DNA of 64,000 nt from Ascidiella aspersa (taxonomy: Eukaryota), in contig OZ004609.1 in the NCBI GenBank assembly GCA_963924565.1, positions 32,364,001 to 32,428,000 of the forward strand. Reading direction: 5' to 3'. Of this stretch, positions 36,601 to 48,902 are shown piece after piece. A program made the position numbers and the translations under genes. The number at the start of each line of letters is the position of its first letter. The stretch's first letter is position 1. The notes under the pieces are model-generated. The model was not told where the DNA came from. It worked only from the letters and a program-made list of their open reading frames with translations, and did not search any database.

Positions 36601-39274
36601 ATTAAAAAGGCCGTGCATTTCATAAAAGCAATTTTGAACAAACCTTAACAAAAATAGTAGTATGTAGTTGCTGCTTACCAATAGCAACATATTTTTGTAG
36701 ATTAATTAAAAAATATTGTCCAATATATTAACTTCTACTACAAGTTTGTGTTGTGTGCATCGAATAATGTAAATGTTTTGTGTTTTATTTCAGCAAGCAT
36801 TATCGCCGGAAAGAAGGCCAGTGGTTTCATTCACTTTGCCAACACCGGCTCCAACAACTTCATCATCACAAGCATCGACGGCTCATTCAGATATCCACAG
36901 GACTTCAGTTATGTCATTCAGAATGTAGGTTGTCAAGTGTATATTAAAATGTATATTAAATTTAGTTGTAAGTACTTTGTAGTAACACCTTATGCATATT
37001 GAGGCATTGCGCATCCGTCAAACTGGCATTTTTCAGTTTTAAAACAATATAATGTAGTTAGTTAGGTTTGTCCACCCAAATATAAATTTAATTACACAGT
37101 AAAGTGACTGTGACAGCTTAAATATGATTTTAACTTCTATTAAAACTTAAATGATGATTAACCAAACAAATTACATTGAACTCCCGAAATTGGTTAAAAG
37201 AGCAACTGTTAAAAAAATTCCATCTTATCGTGAAATGACATCTGCCCAAGTAAAGCATTTTGCAAAAAGTCAGTCCTTCTCTAAGTCATTGTCACAGGAA
37301 GTCCTCTGACTCAAGTAAATTATTTGGCATTAATAACACGTCCCAGGCCAAGTTATTTGTCTACTTAAAATCAGCAAATTTACAAAAAGACTAAATCATG
37401 TTATTACAACACTCGTATTATGTTTTTGCGAACTGTAGTGTTTGACATTTTTGCCCTTATATTGCAGTTCACTGTAACGAACCCCAACAAGATGATCGAT
37501 GCTGGCAAACAGGGATCATTCCGTTACGACTTTATTCCCGGTGAACTCTCCGGTGGAAGATCGTTTGGACTCCTCATCAACATCAACTACAAAGACACTG
37601 TAAGACCTATTTGTTGATATACTTGGGTATTTGCTCTTTAGGATGCTTGGGTTAAAAGACATAACGAACTAAATGCTATTTTTCTCTTAACTTGTTTTGT
37701 ATGTTTAACATTGTTTAGTTGCTTACCTAAAAAAAATTCATATTTTTTTACCTTTTTTATTTATTTGTACAATCACTTGTTTTTCACAGGAAGATAACCT
37801 GTACTTGGATGCCGTCTACAACCAGACGATTCAAGTTTTGGAAAACGAAGAAGGGGTGGACACTGAAACGTAAGTAATAAAAGTTGCTATTTTAATTTTG
37901 CCAATTTCCTATGTTTTGTTTGTTTTGTACTTAATAATCTTCCACTCTTCTGTAAATGATCTATTTAGATTGGCCCTATTTTTCTCAATGTATTAAAGTC
38001 AACAGTAAAACCTATAGCATTTATAGAAATAGCTTTTTAAGGTGTTAACCAGCCTTTTAAAACCACTCTAGTTTACCATTATGTTTAGACTACAGACAGT
38101 TTTATTTTAAAATAAATTATCAATGTAATCGACTTAAATACCTTATGAATGAAAGACAATAATATTACCCTTTTGCTGCTGGAATTGTGATACTAAAACA
38201 TAGACAAACACGTGACTTTATTGAATAAACTTAGTTAGGACTGAGATTCATTTCTTAAATAATCCAACGTAGCTATTACAAACTGCTTTATACAACACTT
38301 AGGGTCTTTAGACTAAGTTTGATTCTAAAAGAATTTGCATTGATAAAAATAAGTTATTTAACTGACTAAAATACCTTATGGAAGGCAATGAATATTATCC
38401 TTGTTGGTATTGTGATACTAAAAACATAGACAAAAGATTGACTTAAGTTCACTTTAAAGAAAGTACTTATTAATTAGTTTAATATAGTTGTTACAAACCG
38501 CTTTAAACAAAACTTACACTTTGTTTTTTTTAGCTTCTTCATGTACTTGATGCTTGCTGCTCTCAGTGGACTCGGCGTACTTGGTCTCTACCATACTGTG
38601 GGCAGCAAGAAGCGAACCAAGCGGCCCGCCACCAGCCACCACCCATCTGCCGGGGATTCCCCTAGCTTCGAGACCGGCACCACCAACGGACCGGTCGACT
38701 ATGCCTGGATCCCAGAGGAGACCCTAAAAGCAATGAGTACGTTGGATTGCTTGACGTTCTTTTATGTCTCTCTATTTATAAGTTTGGGTAGAACGGGCGA
38801 AAGTTATTTGGCACTAAATCCTGTAGTTTAATATAAAAAAAATTATGTGGAAAACTACTGGAGTTATATATCGGCTACTAAACATTACTGGTGTAAGTAT
38901 CTCTCAACAATAACAGGTAAACCATGAAAGTGTACTTAATGCTTGTTCAGTACAGCAATAACTCTCCTAGTCCACAAGCTGAATGAATATTTGGTAATAT
39001 TATATTACGTATTTAATTTAATAATACGCAAATTTCAGGATGAGTGTGTCGATACTTTATTTCTGGATTGGTTTCTAGAAAAACCATTGATCCTGTTTTG
39101 TTGGAGGCCTTCCACTTTGTGTTTTAGTTGTTTCAGTCATTTATATTGATGTTCTCAGGCCTCCATGCTTTTTATTTTATATCTAATTTTGTTTTCTAAT
39201 CAGGCAAAGCCACTCCATCGCCGAAGCGGTCACCAAGAAAGCGAGCTACCAAGAGGTCGAGCGAAGCTGACTAA
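33670..39274 (+). CDS. SSR1: Translocon-associated protein alpha (TRAP-alpha), 303 aa, 8 exons
   Basis: Exons 33670-33745, 35311-35450, 36343-36421, 36794-36924, 37468-37599, 37790-37869, 38534-38736, 39204-39274, all in phase. Signal peptide, acidic N-terminus, SFRYPQDFSYVIQNFT, GRSFGLLININYKD, DTETFFMY plus TM helix, ETGT...VDYAWIPEETL, basic SPRKR tail. Confidence 0.96.
33981..34183. mobile_element. Merlin-like MITE, family A, copy 2 (203 bp)
   Basis: TIR GGCGCTGGTCTAGAATCCTACCAC...; 8-bp TSD AGTTAATT; internal inverted G-rich GGGTTAGGGTGCGGGTTAGCG core. Confidence 0.88.
34223..34447. mobile_element. Merlin-like MITE, family B
   Basis: TIR GGGTAACACTAATTTA...TAAATTAGTATTACCC; 9-bp TSD CTAAAATTA; carries the same internal core as family A. 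Confidence 0.8.
35111..35148 (-). ncRNA. Minimal hammerhead ribozyme motif, antisense in SSR1 intron 1
   Basis: Minus strand: GCA-CTGATGA-tGGCAA aagaaa TTGCC-GAAA-CG-T-T-TGC, followed by AATAAA; palindromic AACGTT at stem III. Confidence 0.65.
38135..38520. repeat. Diverged ~230-bp tandem duplication in SSR1 intron 6
   Basis: AAATACCTTATG...TTGTGATACTAAAA(A)CATAGACAAA...TTACAAAC.GCTTTA.ACAA.ACTTA at ~38137 and ~38369. Confidence 0.7.
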
Positions 39275-39654
39275 CAAGTTTTATAAAAAACTGTATTTTT
39301 TCGCAAATTGAAGAATCCGAACTCCTTAGTTTTGGCGCTTACTCTGCGAATGTTTTTTTGTACCTTTCTATTTCGACGGTGAAGCTCTCTAATATTGTTA
39401 AAAACCTATTTCTAAATATTTAAGTGAAGTTTTACTGGGTGTGTGAAGCAAGTCCTTTTTTCTCTTCTTTTGTTCTGATAATGATTGCAAACTTTTATGA
39501 AGCCTTCATTAGTGAAACGTAAAATTCATTTTTTTATTCTGTACAAATATGAGAAACAGCAAAAAATCTTTAAACGTATGGTTGAAATAAAGTTTCGAGG
39601 GGTCCGCCCTCACGGGAATTTTGATGCAGTTCGTGTTTCGTTTTTCTGCGACTT

Positions 39655-42600
39655 CTACATATCTTGCTGCAGCCAGTTGGTAGATTGACTTTGAGTCAAA
39701 ATCTGGTGCCACGATTTTTTGTGGGTGTTTAGAGCCATCTAAAATAGAATTTTAATTAAGAAATTGCTGCAACAATATACTGCAATTATAGCTCTATAAA
39801 AAGCTAGAAACTGTATAATATACAGTGTATATATAACAAGATTTTCCTTGTTAAGCGTATTAGCGTTCACAACCCAATGCTAAAACTCGGCTGGGGAGCC
39901 ACGGGTAAAACCACATTGGCCCCAGCTTTCGAGCCACCATACCTTTCCAATTTTTTTCAGCTCCGACTCAAAAGCAGTAATTTTTGGAAGTTTTTTAGCA
40001 CCGGCTAATTTATTGAAATTATTCGAGTTAGGTTAACTTTTGACGAAATTACTGCTACGAAGCTAAAGCCATTAGATATGTGTTTGGTGGCTCCTGGCCT
40101 TCAGTCGGATTTAATAATGTTTTACCGAGCTAGAGCACACAATTCGTAGACTATAGCTTCAGCTTCAGTTCCCAATTTTTTAAAACAGCTTTGGTTTCGG
40201 CTAGACCAGGAGTCGGCAACCTTTTTCTAGTCGTGGGCCAAAACCAAACTCAGAAAGATCTCTGCGGGCCGCACAAAATGATAACTAAGAATTGTGTTAT
40301 TTTCGTGTTAAAACAACTGTGAATCAGCCCGACCTCGGATCGTAATAACATTTAAGAAGGCTGTAAAGTGATGGCGCAAAGAGCGAATAAAAGCGTTTGT
40401 TTGGTTTAAAATTCGAGTTCACACGTCGTCATCCATACTACTAACGAAAAGTAATAAATCTACTTCGAGGTAACGCGCTATCATTTAAAGTTAATCCAGC
40501 TCAGTGTTTGTTAGTTTTTAAGTGAAGGCGCACCTGGTGAGCGAAGCGAGCGCGATTTTTTTCGTATACCGGCATTTCTTTTAAATTCCTTGCAAGTTTT
40601 TATCACATTGCCGAAAATAAAAAAAATGTTAAAAAATATACGTCCAACATTTTGAATACGTTTTCCGTGACCCACTTGGCTGCCTTCCACGGCGCAACGG
40701 TAAAGAAGCGCAGATCTAGGTGAAAATACAACATCAAAACGTAAACAAACCGGATGTAGAATGATGTCGCGCAGGGCGTGAAAAATTTCGCACTTACGTA
40801 GTTAAAATAGTCAAAAAGTATGTGAAACGGACTCGTGTCTAAACTGTCAAAGAGGCGGCGGGCCGGACGAATTACATCGGCGGGCCGTAGGTTGCTGACC
40901 CCTGGGCAAGACAAACAAAAGAATAATGGCTCAGAGTCTGACAGCCCTGCTTGAACCTAGGATTGTCCAAAAACAAGAAAACCTTTCTGCGAATTGCAAC
41001 AAGTATATCTAAATGGCATGGGCATAAACAGCAAAACACACCGGTGTGCACTGTACATCGTAAATAAATAAGCAGTGCGCAAGGTTACCTGCGCAATCTC
41101 GACTTTTCTTTCCCAGCTCGTTACAGTTTTCTGCAGTTCACTGAGGTCCGCCTTTTTCTCCACATACTCTTGCACGTGGGGAACTTTGTAGTCGGCAAGT
41201 TTCTTGCGAAGGTGGATGTTTTTCTTTTCTGCCAGGTCCCTTTCCTAAAATATTTTTAAAAACATTGTACCATTTCCAAATAACATGGCACAGTTTAGCG
41301 GAATTGGTCTTAACTCTGAGTGGAAAATAAAAAAAATTATTTTGTAAAATATTTTTCGTTTTGTTAATCTAACAATAAAGTTACATCTAATATAAAAACT
41401 AGGCCTAATTATTGCTACAAATTCATTTGCTGATAGCAGTATTTAACAAATCCGAACTGATAACATATTTGTATTTAAATTTAATATCATAAAAAATTGG
41501 TTTAAAAACGAGAAAATTATATGTAAGTTTAATTTTATTACTACACTTGTATCTATACCGAAAGCCATTGCAGACTCTTTACCGAATCTGCCAATCAATG
41601 ATTCAAGCAGGGCAGACTAGAAAAACAACTAGCCTGCAGTGAGGTTCGAACTCACGACCTCCGGTCAAGCCGGGACCGTCGCTCTACCGACTGAGCTATG
41701 CAGGCTCAGAAGGTAACGAGTCGATAAACAACCATACGCCAATGCTTGCTCAATCTGTTAGTACAAGCAACTTCAATTGGCTTGTATCTACAATAAAATG
41801 TGTTCTGTTAAAAGAGAAAATGTATTTCACCTCATCTGCAGTTAGGGTTTCACCACCAAACTTGCCGAGCATGTCTTCACGAGTTTCAATCTCATTGTGG
41901 AGTTTTTCTGCCTCCATATTCAAGGTATGCAGTCTTTTCTGTGCAAAGGAAAGATAACATTACTAATGTAAATATCTGTTGAGTCTTTACGTGCTGCATT
42001 GGAGTATATTTCCCCTTCTACATAGAATAGTGGCTTTTAACTATTTTTCTATAATGAATCAATTTTGTAATTGTTGTCCATTGCTCCCATATATTGGATA
42101 ATCAGGTATTGTTTTTGCGGACTACACGTTAGTTGGATATTTGACAATGCTTCTTATTAACTACATTTTTTGTTTTGCATTAACGTATACAAAGGTATAC
42201 TGTATAATAAAAGTTACGTTTTTCTTCTTTTTTTTTCAAAATTTTAAATGTTGGATTATAATTATCTTTGTCATCTTAGTAACTTTGTCAAATCAGAAAA
42301 AAAAACTTTTCAGGCATGTTTGTATGCCACATTAAATTATTAGTACTGTCTGATTTGTAAAGCAAAAATATAAAACCTTGTATTTGTTGAGGACTTGTAA
42401 TGTGTTACCCGCCATCAGTTTTAAACGCAGCAGTTCCTGATTTTTTTCATCTATCTTTTCTAAATATTGTTCATTTTCGATTTTCAGTTGGTTGAAGTCA
42501 ACCTCGTGTAGCACCTCACCCATCTCTTCTTTCTGTAAACATTTTATCGTCAAAAATACCAAAGCAGTTTTTTCAAGTCATAGCAGCTGTACTGTTTTAT

Positions 42601-44940
42601 GTAATCAAAAATCCCCTCCGGGTTGATTTTTAAACTTATCTTGAGTAAATTCAAAATATGTCCAGTTAGGGACTCAAAGGAGTAGGTTAATTTTGCTGGA
42701 GTCGCACTCTGGACTCGTAAGACTTTGTCAAGCGAACCGTAACCCGAGTTTGACATGGGCAGTACCGAATTTTTAAACTGAAAAAGCCGCAAACTGTAAA
42801 TTCTAAAAGAGGAATACCATTAGGTGAAATCTTTTTTAAACATGTATTATGTTGAATTATATGACACTCCTATGAGTGCATTGCTGAATATCCACCTTAA
42901 TTTAGATGTAAATGGTTAAGATACAAGCTGTAAAGTCAGAGCAGGACTCAACAAAAATCGCATATTAAGCCAGAGTCAAACTCAGGAGTTCGACTCGGGT
43001 TATTTTTAACCAACTCTACAGTCCAGGTAAGGTCTAATGATTAGCTATTTAGTATTGACAATTGGTATTCAATATCACAATGCTTAGTCCCATACTTTTT
43101 ACAAATGTTGAAGAGAGTATCATCTCATGTTTCAAAGTAGAATGTTACCTGTTTCAATTGGAGCTGCAATTTTCTTTTTTGAACCTTAAGTGTTGAGTTT
43201 TTGAGTCGTAACTTTTCAATAAGTGTGTCCTGAAATAAGCAAGTTGCATATTTTGGTTATTTAACTAAATATGCTATATTCGACTGTTAATAACAGAAAT
43301 AGAAATATTAAGCATATTTGTTTATTTAACAACATATTTTGAATCATAAGTATAAGCATCCAATACGGAATCAAAATAAAGAAGAGTACAAAAATAACTT
43401 ACCCTCCATCTTAATTTGTCCTCCAAATATCTGACGACTTTTTCAGCAACAACCTTACCGGTCCTGGGGTTAAGGGCTCCTTTGCAAATGTCGCGATCAA
43501 ATTCATAAACAGCTTTCTTGATTTCGCTTATTCTCAGCTCAGCTTCTTCCAATCCGGCCTAAATTTCAATTTTATTTTCAGCTTGGCAAAGATTTGGACA
43601 CCATATATTGTTGTGGCTACAAATTAGCATCATTATTTATTAGTATATAGAAATGCAACATCAATAAAAAAATTACATCTAAAAAATATATGATGTAACA
43701 AACCCTGTAGTTGTCAAGAACTCTTTCTGATTCTTCTTTCAGTTTATCAATGTCATCTCTTAGTTCTTCCAACTCACGTTGTGCGATGTCACACTTTTGT
43801 TCTGCTGTTAGTCGCAGCAACTTATCGATTGCACTGCTGCGAGATTTAGAGCGCTTGCGACTCCTGCCATACATCTAGGAAAATAACAAAACAAGAAGTG
43901 TATATTAAAACATTCACTTGAAACGTAGTTTTCCACCATATTATATCTTTAATTTCATCGTAAATGTTAGTATTTTAGATAAAATGAACAAATTTCAAAA
44001 TAACCTTGCTTAAATTAGGTTACATCAAAATCAAGGTTTTTATAAGGCTGCATTGATACATTTTAGCTGTTTTGATTTGTATTCATCACTTTAAATATAT
44101 GTTAGATACACAACAATGATAAATAATCAAAAGTAATGGGAATAATAAACAACAATATACCTCTTGCACTTGTGCTACAGGAGCTACGGCTGGTTGTAGG
44201 TTATTTGTTTCTTTTGGTTCAACCCTCCGAAAAAACTTCTCAAACATTTCTGTTTCATTGCGAATCACTTCATTTCCATGTCTTGAACAAAAAAATAATT
44301 TTGAGTAATGGTAGGTACAGACACGAAAATAAATAACTAAAAACCTATCAGAAACTTTTAAGGTTTGACTTTTAATGTGATCAGTGAGGTCATAGCAATG
44401 TAGCAGCAACAAATGATAAATTTTAATAGTAAGGTCTTAACAAAGCCATTTCAATTGCAATGTTTATCGCATTAACCTATGTTTAATATTTGTAAATCCA
44501 TATTAAATCTGTTAAAACACACTTAAATTGTCTGTCACTGTTCAAAAAAAGGCGCTCTTTCACTATTGTACGTAAAAATTAATAAAAAAAAAAATTCTTC
44601 AAATGCCTCATACCACAACACATATTGTTTGGGTTAGGGTGCGGGTTAGCGTTTGGGTGAGGGTGGGTCAAGTTATTATTAATAATAAACATAATATTAC
44701 TTGACCCACCCTAACCCAAACAATATGCGTTGTGGTATGCGGTATTATTATTTTTTTTTTTTTGCATAACTTTTCACGTACAATAGTGAAAGAGCGCCCA
44801 AAAAAATACTTAATTGTCTGTAGATCTTACATGGTGTCCTCAATTAGTTGAACGAGCTGTTCATCTGACAATTCTGCAAGTGGATCTTCTTGTTGGTCAG
44901 TCCCGGTGGTCGCTGATAACAGACTATCCGAATCCGCCAT
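39655..44940 (-). CDS. CCDC113: Coiled-coil domain-containing protein 113 (CFAP263), 380 aa, 9 exons
   Basis: Exons 44940-44831, 44281-44161, 43874-43704, 43558-43403, 43229-43149, 42532-42377, 41938-41831, 41244-41089, 39738-39655, all in phase. Motifs: ETEMFEK, RKRSKSR, LTAEQKCDIAQREL, EKLRLKN, KEEMGEVLHEVDFNQLKIENEQYLEKIDEKNQEL, WERKVEIAQMAL. Confidence 0.93.
40207..40904. mobile_element. hAT-type non-autonomous element (~700 bp) in the last CCDC113 intron
   Basis: TIR CAGGAGTCGGCAACCT...AGGTTGCTGACCCCTG; TSD GGC(T/A)AGAC. A partial inverted copy lies at ~52980-53364. Confidence 0.85.
41606..41705 (-). mobile_element. Short tRNA-derived SINE retaining a full cloverleaf (best-preserved copy)
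   Basis: Minus strand: GCCTGCA TA GCTC AGTCGGTA GAGC GA CGGTC CCGGCTT GACCG GAGGTC GTGAG TTCGAAC CTCAC TGCAGGC, then a T-run and CTAG..CCCTGCT tail. A and B boxes are intact; the anticodon arm is non-canonical. Other copies at 23826, 48951 and 58567. Confidence 0.8.
44551..44798. mobile_element. Merlin-like foldback MITE, family C
   Basis: TIR GGCGCTCTTTCACTATTGTACGT...ACGTACAATAGTGAAAGAGCGCC; 8-bp TSD CAAAAAAA; same GGGTTAGGGTGCGGGTTAGCG core. Confidence 0.85.
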
Positions 44941-45026
44941 TTTATCTCGTAAACACAGCTGAAGAAATTAATGTTAAGTGAATTGGTTATTTACTTACTG
45001 CTCGCTCATGCATGAAAAAATATCGC

Positions 45027-45040
45027 GTTACCGTGGTGAT
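45027..45040. promoter_or_regulatory. Candidate RFX X-box upstream of the ciliary gene CCDC113
   Basis: GTTACCGTGGTGAT, ~90 bp upstream of the ATG; close to the X-box consensus GTNRCC(N0-3)RGYAAC. Confidence 0.4.
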
Positions 45041-46266
45041 TCTGTAGCGACACCTTGTGAATATTTTTCTTTTATTCTATACTTAACCCTCTTAAAAAAT
45101 ACTCGCATTGAGCAAAGAGATTTAAATTGTTAAAGTCTATCTGCATTGAGTCAATGTAACGTTACAAAAACCGTTCCTGCAGCATCAGAAAAATGCACCA
45201 CACCAACTGTTGCAATTATTATCAAGGTTTGCCGGTAATTTACTGTATTTGCCTCGAAAATGATGCATGAGGTTCATTATTATGAATTGACGTCAATCTT
45301 TGTGCGCGATAAAAACTCAAAGTCAGTTTTATTCCTTCGTAAGCTATGACCAAAATGTTACAGCTGTTTCTCAATATTATGTAATCTCTTTGCTGTATCT
45401 TTTAACCCTCCCTACTTCAGAAAGCCGTGCTGTGTTGTTCAGCGTGTGTGAATCAAATCTTTTTTATGTTTTTGGGAGCACTGTATAAAACTCTCTGTCT
45501 CTGGTCATGTTCAGAGGTGCACCTACATATATTTCGCACGTCAATTTAACAGACATTGGATTCAACTTAACGATTAGTTTCAAAATCTTTTAGCTATATA
45601 ATGAAAATTCACCCTGCAGTAACGATAGAATTACTCAAAAAAACAGATTTTGAGATGATATTTGTCTAGTATCTGGATCTGGTAGAGGGCGTGAGGCAAA
45701 GTAAAATTACAACAAGGGGAACGTATATAGAGCTAAGAACCACACTGGTTTACCATTTAAATTTTTTGATAAAACGAAATTTATTTTCAAGCACACATGA
45801 ACCCGAATTGCAGAAAATTTTGTACATATTCATAAATTCCTCATTTCATTGAACTCATATCTTATTGGTAAAAATGGCTCTTAATTGTTTCTTTCACTCC
45901 CCTAAAGTGGCCAGTCAGTCGGCGTGCTGGTTGGTCACTACAACAAATTGCGATAAAAACGTGCTGTGCATTCCGTAAACGTTCGGCGCTAATTAATCGG
46001 TCCAGACTTATTACGCCCGTTCGTTCGTATTCATTTGTACGAGTTTAATTATAAACAGAACACACGCGTTTTGGATGACCTGGGTGAATCACGAATGTTG
46101 ACGCGCACACCCAGACGTGAATGGTGAAATGAACACAACGGGCTTATATAGTTGCATTCTGATCTCGAATAAGGCATATCATTTGTCTCTTGATTGCAAA
46201 CAGGAGAAACAATATATTTTGGCAAGGTTTATTTTTGGTATTTTATTATCTAACATTTACGCTGCC

Positions 46267-47289
46267 ATGGCGTTTAGCGTTGACTACAGTGTCCGTAAGG
46301 CCATTGAGTTATGTAAGTCTGGCCGATACCTCGGCTTTCATGTCGAAATCAAGGAAAACGTCTTCACGTTGGTCGAAGGATCTGACATACAGTTAAATGC
46401 ATCCACAGGTTCCTGGGAAGATTTCATCAAAGCCCTTCCGAGCGATAGCTGCAGGTGAACATGTGATTTTAGGCTTACGTTTTGCTACTTCAATTGCCTA
46501 AAATTATTAAAGGATCTTGTTCCATTCGTTATAACCCTGGTTTTATATTGCAACTATATTCCGCAACTCCTTGGGGTCATTGGAAGTAAGACAAAGTTTA
46601 GCGTTAAGAAGTAGATCTCACCACATTTTAGTTTCACATACAATATTGTATGAAATGTTACTAGGCTACCTTACTTCAAAAGGCTTGAGCATGGTCTGCT
46701 ATAACATAACTTTGCCCTTTTGAAAATGACTTAAGAATCTCAAGTAAGCCCTTGGTACTTTTTGTTGTCCTACAACAGACAGTTGACTGACAAATAAAAC
46801 TACCTTCCTAAAGGTCTCAATATTTGTCTTAGGTGCAAGACATTTCTTATAAAAAGAAAATTCAATGCAACATGGCTTAATTTTGACTTTTAAAAAGCAC
46901 CTGTGAATCTCTATAGTCTGCGTTTATATTTTCAACAGACTGTTCACTGAAAATCTAACTAGTTTTTCGTCAGGTTCGTCGTATTTGTCGTGAACGGGCT
47001 TCTAAGAAACGGCCAGACTGCTCAACGATTCTGCTTCTTTCACTGGTGCGCGAAAAACGCGGGAGGCGAGGAAGCGCAGGAGTACCGCAGCGCCACGCGG
47101 GACTTTGAGGCCTTTCTTTTCGAAGCTGGCCTAGGCGCCGGGGAATTCCCGAGGCCCCGAAAGGACGCGACCCGACCCTGGGTCCTGGACCAAATCCTGG
47201 ACGTCGATTTTGCTTCGTTTTACGGTCGACCCGTTTTCAAGCGATTGTGCGGCGAATACGAGTTTCTGTATCCAAACTGCAATATTTAA
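46267..47289 (+). CDS. Divergent ADF-H (cofilin/ADF-like) domain protein, 167 aa, 2 exons
   Basis: Exons 46267-46454 (GCCATGG context) and 46974-47289 join in phase 2. SWEDFIKALPSDSCR|FVVF...RFCFFHWC.KNA......Y.SA...F aligns with the cofilin pattern (F...LP..DCRY...K.VF..W.PD.A....KM.YASSK). Confidence 0.7.
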
Positions 47290-47384
47290 AGAACGTCCGA
47301 AAAGAACAGGGCCCCTTGAAAACCGTTTTTAACTATACACACCGTTTTGTTAAACCTGCAGAGGGTGCCATATGTACTCCTCAA

Positions 47385-47734
47385 AGAGGGGCGGATCCAC
47401 CGGACGTCGGGACACGTGGCCATGACCCCCCAAAACAACATGTTTTTACCTATCTTAAATATGTAAGTTACATAATTTGGCGAATATAACTTTTGTTTTA
47501 TTGTGGCTTTGTCCTTTTTGTTGTTTGTTGAAATCTGTTTAACCCCAAATTTTAGCGAAAGGAGTTTTTCACGCTGCACGCGAGTATTTTCTGATCGTAT
47601 ATTAAAAACATACGTCACGTTTTGACTTAACTTTACGACGTAACTTGTGACGTCACGTTTTGACGTAACTGTATGACGTAACCCCTTACATTTTGGTGCC
47701 CACCTCCCCAAACAAAAATCGCGATCCGCCTCTG
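47385..47734. mobile_element. MITE with AGAGG(GG)CGGATC termini and an internal (T)GACGT cluster
   Basis: AGAGGGGCGGATCC...GATCCGCCTCTG; several TGACGT/ACGTCA motifs at 47610-47680. Confidence 0.6.
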
Positions 47735-48273
47735 ATCTTAAATAAAGATGGCATAAATTGAACGAAATACAACATACCTCAATTATTGTGCTTTTCTTTG
47801 TGGGTACTTATTTAACTTCATGGCTAAACAACAACAATTATTACATATAATTTCCGAAAACAAGACGAAACAATTGCATACCATAAATTTTGTACCGGTC
47901 ATAAAATGCCAGCACGAGAAACTATCTTTGCTACTCTATTCTATGTTTCGCGTATTATTAATGATGATGCTCATATGCAGTGTTTACTGACCGAAACAGT
48001 CCCCAAAATTTCTCCAGCGGTTTCCCAAATTTTGGACTTGCAACTTTTTGGTATTTAAATGAAACACTTGCGGTCTCTTAAAACTACTTAGCGGTCACCC
48101 GAACCAAACCTTAAAAAAACCCTGCTGATAATTACTAACATTGGCCAACGTTCTATGGCTTGGAGAGTTTTGGCAAGCGGTATCTCCAAGTGAGAACTTA
48201 TTTCCACTAATCGATGTTTGACGAGGCACATTGGTGATAGTTGGTAATTGATGAGTAATAACAACAGGAAAAA

Positions 48274-48376
48274 GCTAAAACAGTCGAGTAGATCGACATC
48301 ATCTTGATTAGGACGTTTCGATACAAACTTGTATCATCTTCAGTTAAAGAGACCGTATCTACTCGACCTTTTTAGC
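48274..48376 (-). ncRNA. Hairpin element carrying a minimal hammerhead motif (Penelope-like pLTR remnant)
   Basis: Minus strand: CTGAAGA-tGATACAA gt TTGTATC-GAAA-CG-TC, enclosed by 20-bp inverted arms (GCTAAAA..GTCGAGTAGAT / ATCTACTCGAC..TTTTAGC). Stem I is weak. Confidence 0.6.
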
Positions 48377-48902
48377 CTTACAATTCAATTATCAAGCTAC
48401 ATTACAGATCCGTACTTGGTGTGCCCAAGGAGCAATAATGTTCCTGGATAATTTCTCCAGGATAATAAACCGCATTTTATCTTGTTTTATTAAAAATCAC
48501 TATATACCACTTGGGATATCCGTGTGCCTTCTCATATGAGTGGCAATCAAAAGAAGATTGATATGACATGAGATGTGAGGCAACTAGCATGATCAAGACG
48601 TTTAATCGCAAATTTGAAAAAAAAAAATAAATAAAAAAATATAAAAAATAAATCAAGGCGAATTTTTACGCAAAGTTTCCTCCGGATTATAATAGCTTGT
48701 GTGAAATCATTCGGCCCTCAAACCTAATCAACGTTACACTTGGATGGTAACTAGGGAGTCTTAGGTTCTTGATTACTGCTGATTGGCAGAAGTGTAAATT
48801 GTTTTCCTAAACTGAAACATTCATACACACATTCAGTATATTTTGTGACCAAGCTTTTCTCAAATCGTACTTATAACGACGCAAAAAGTATATAATAACA
48901 GG

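Noticed and set aside
41632-41705. Bona fide tRNA gene (apparent GGC anticodon)
   Set aside because: The anticodon arm is non-canonical (extra bases, no U33), and multiple diverged copies share a 3' tail, so it is better explained as a SINE.
46117-46266. N-terminal extension of the ADF-H-like ORF as given in the track
   Set aside because: It begins at a GTG or upstream ATG, whereas cofilin-like alignment and the GCCATGG context favour ATG 46267. Not fully excluded.
47100-47289. ADF-H-like protein C-terminus as the cognate amyloid partner of the adjacent NLR
   Set aside because: No similarity to the NDATVIAGGEFHVHIHN motif.
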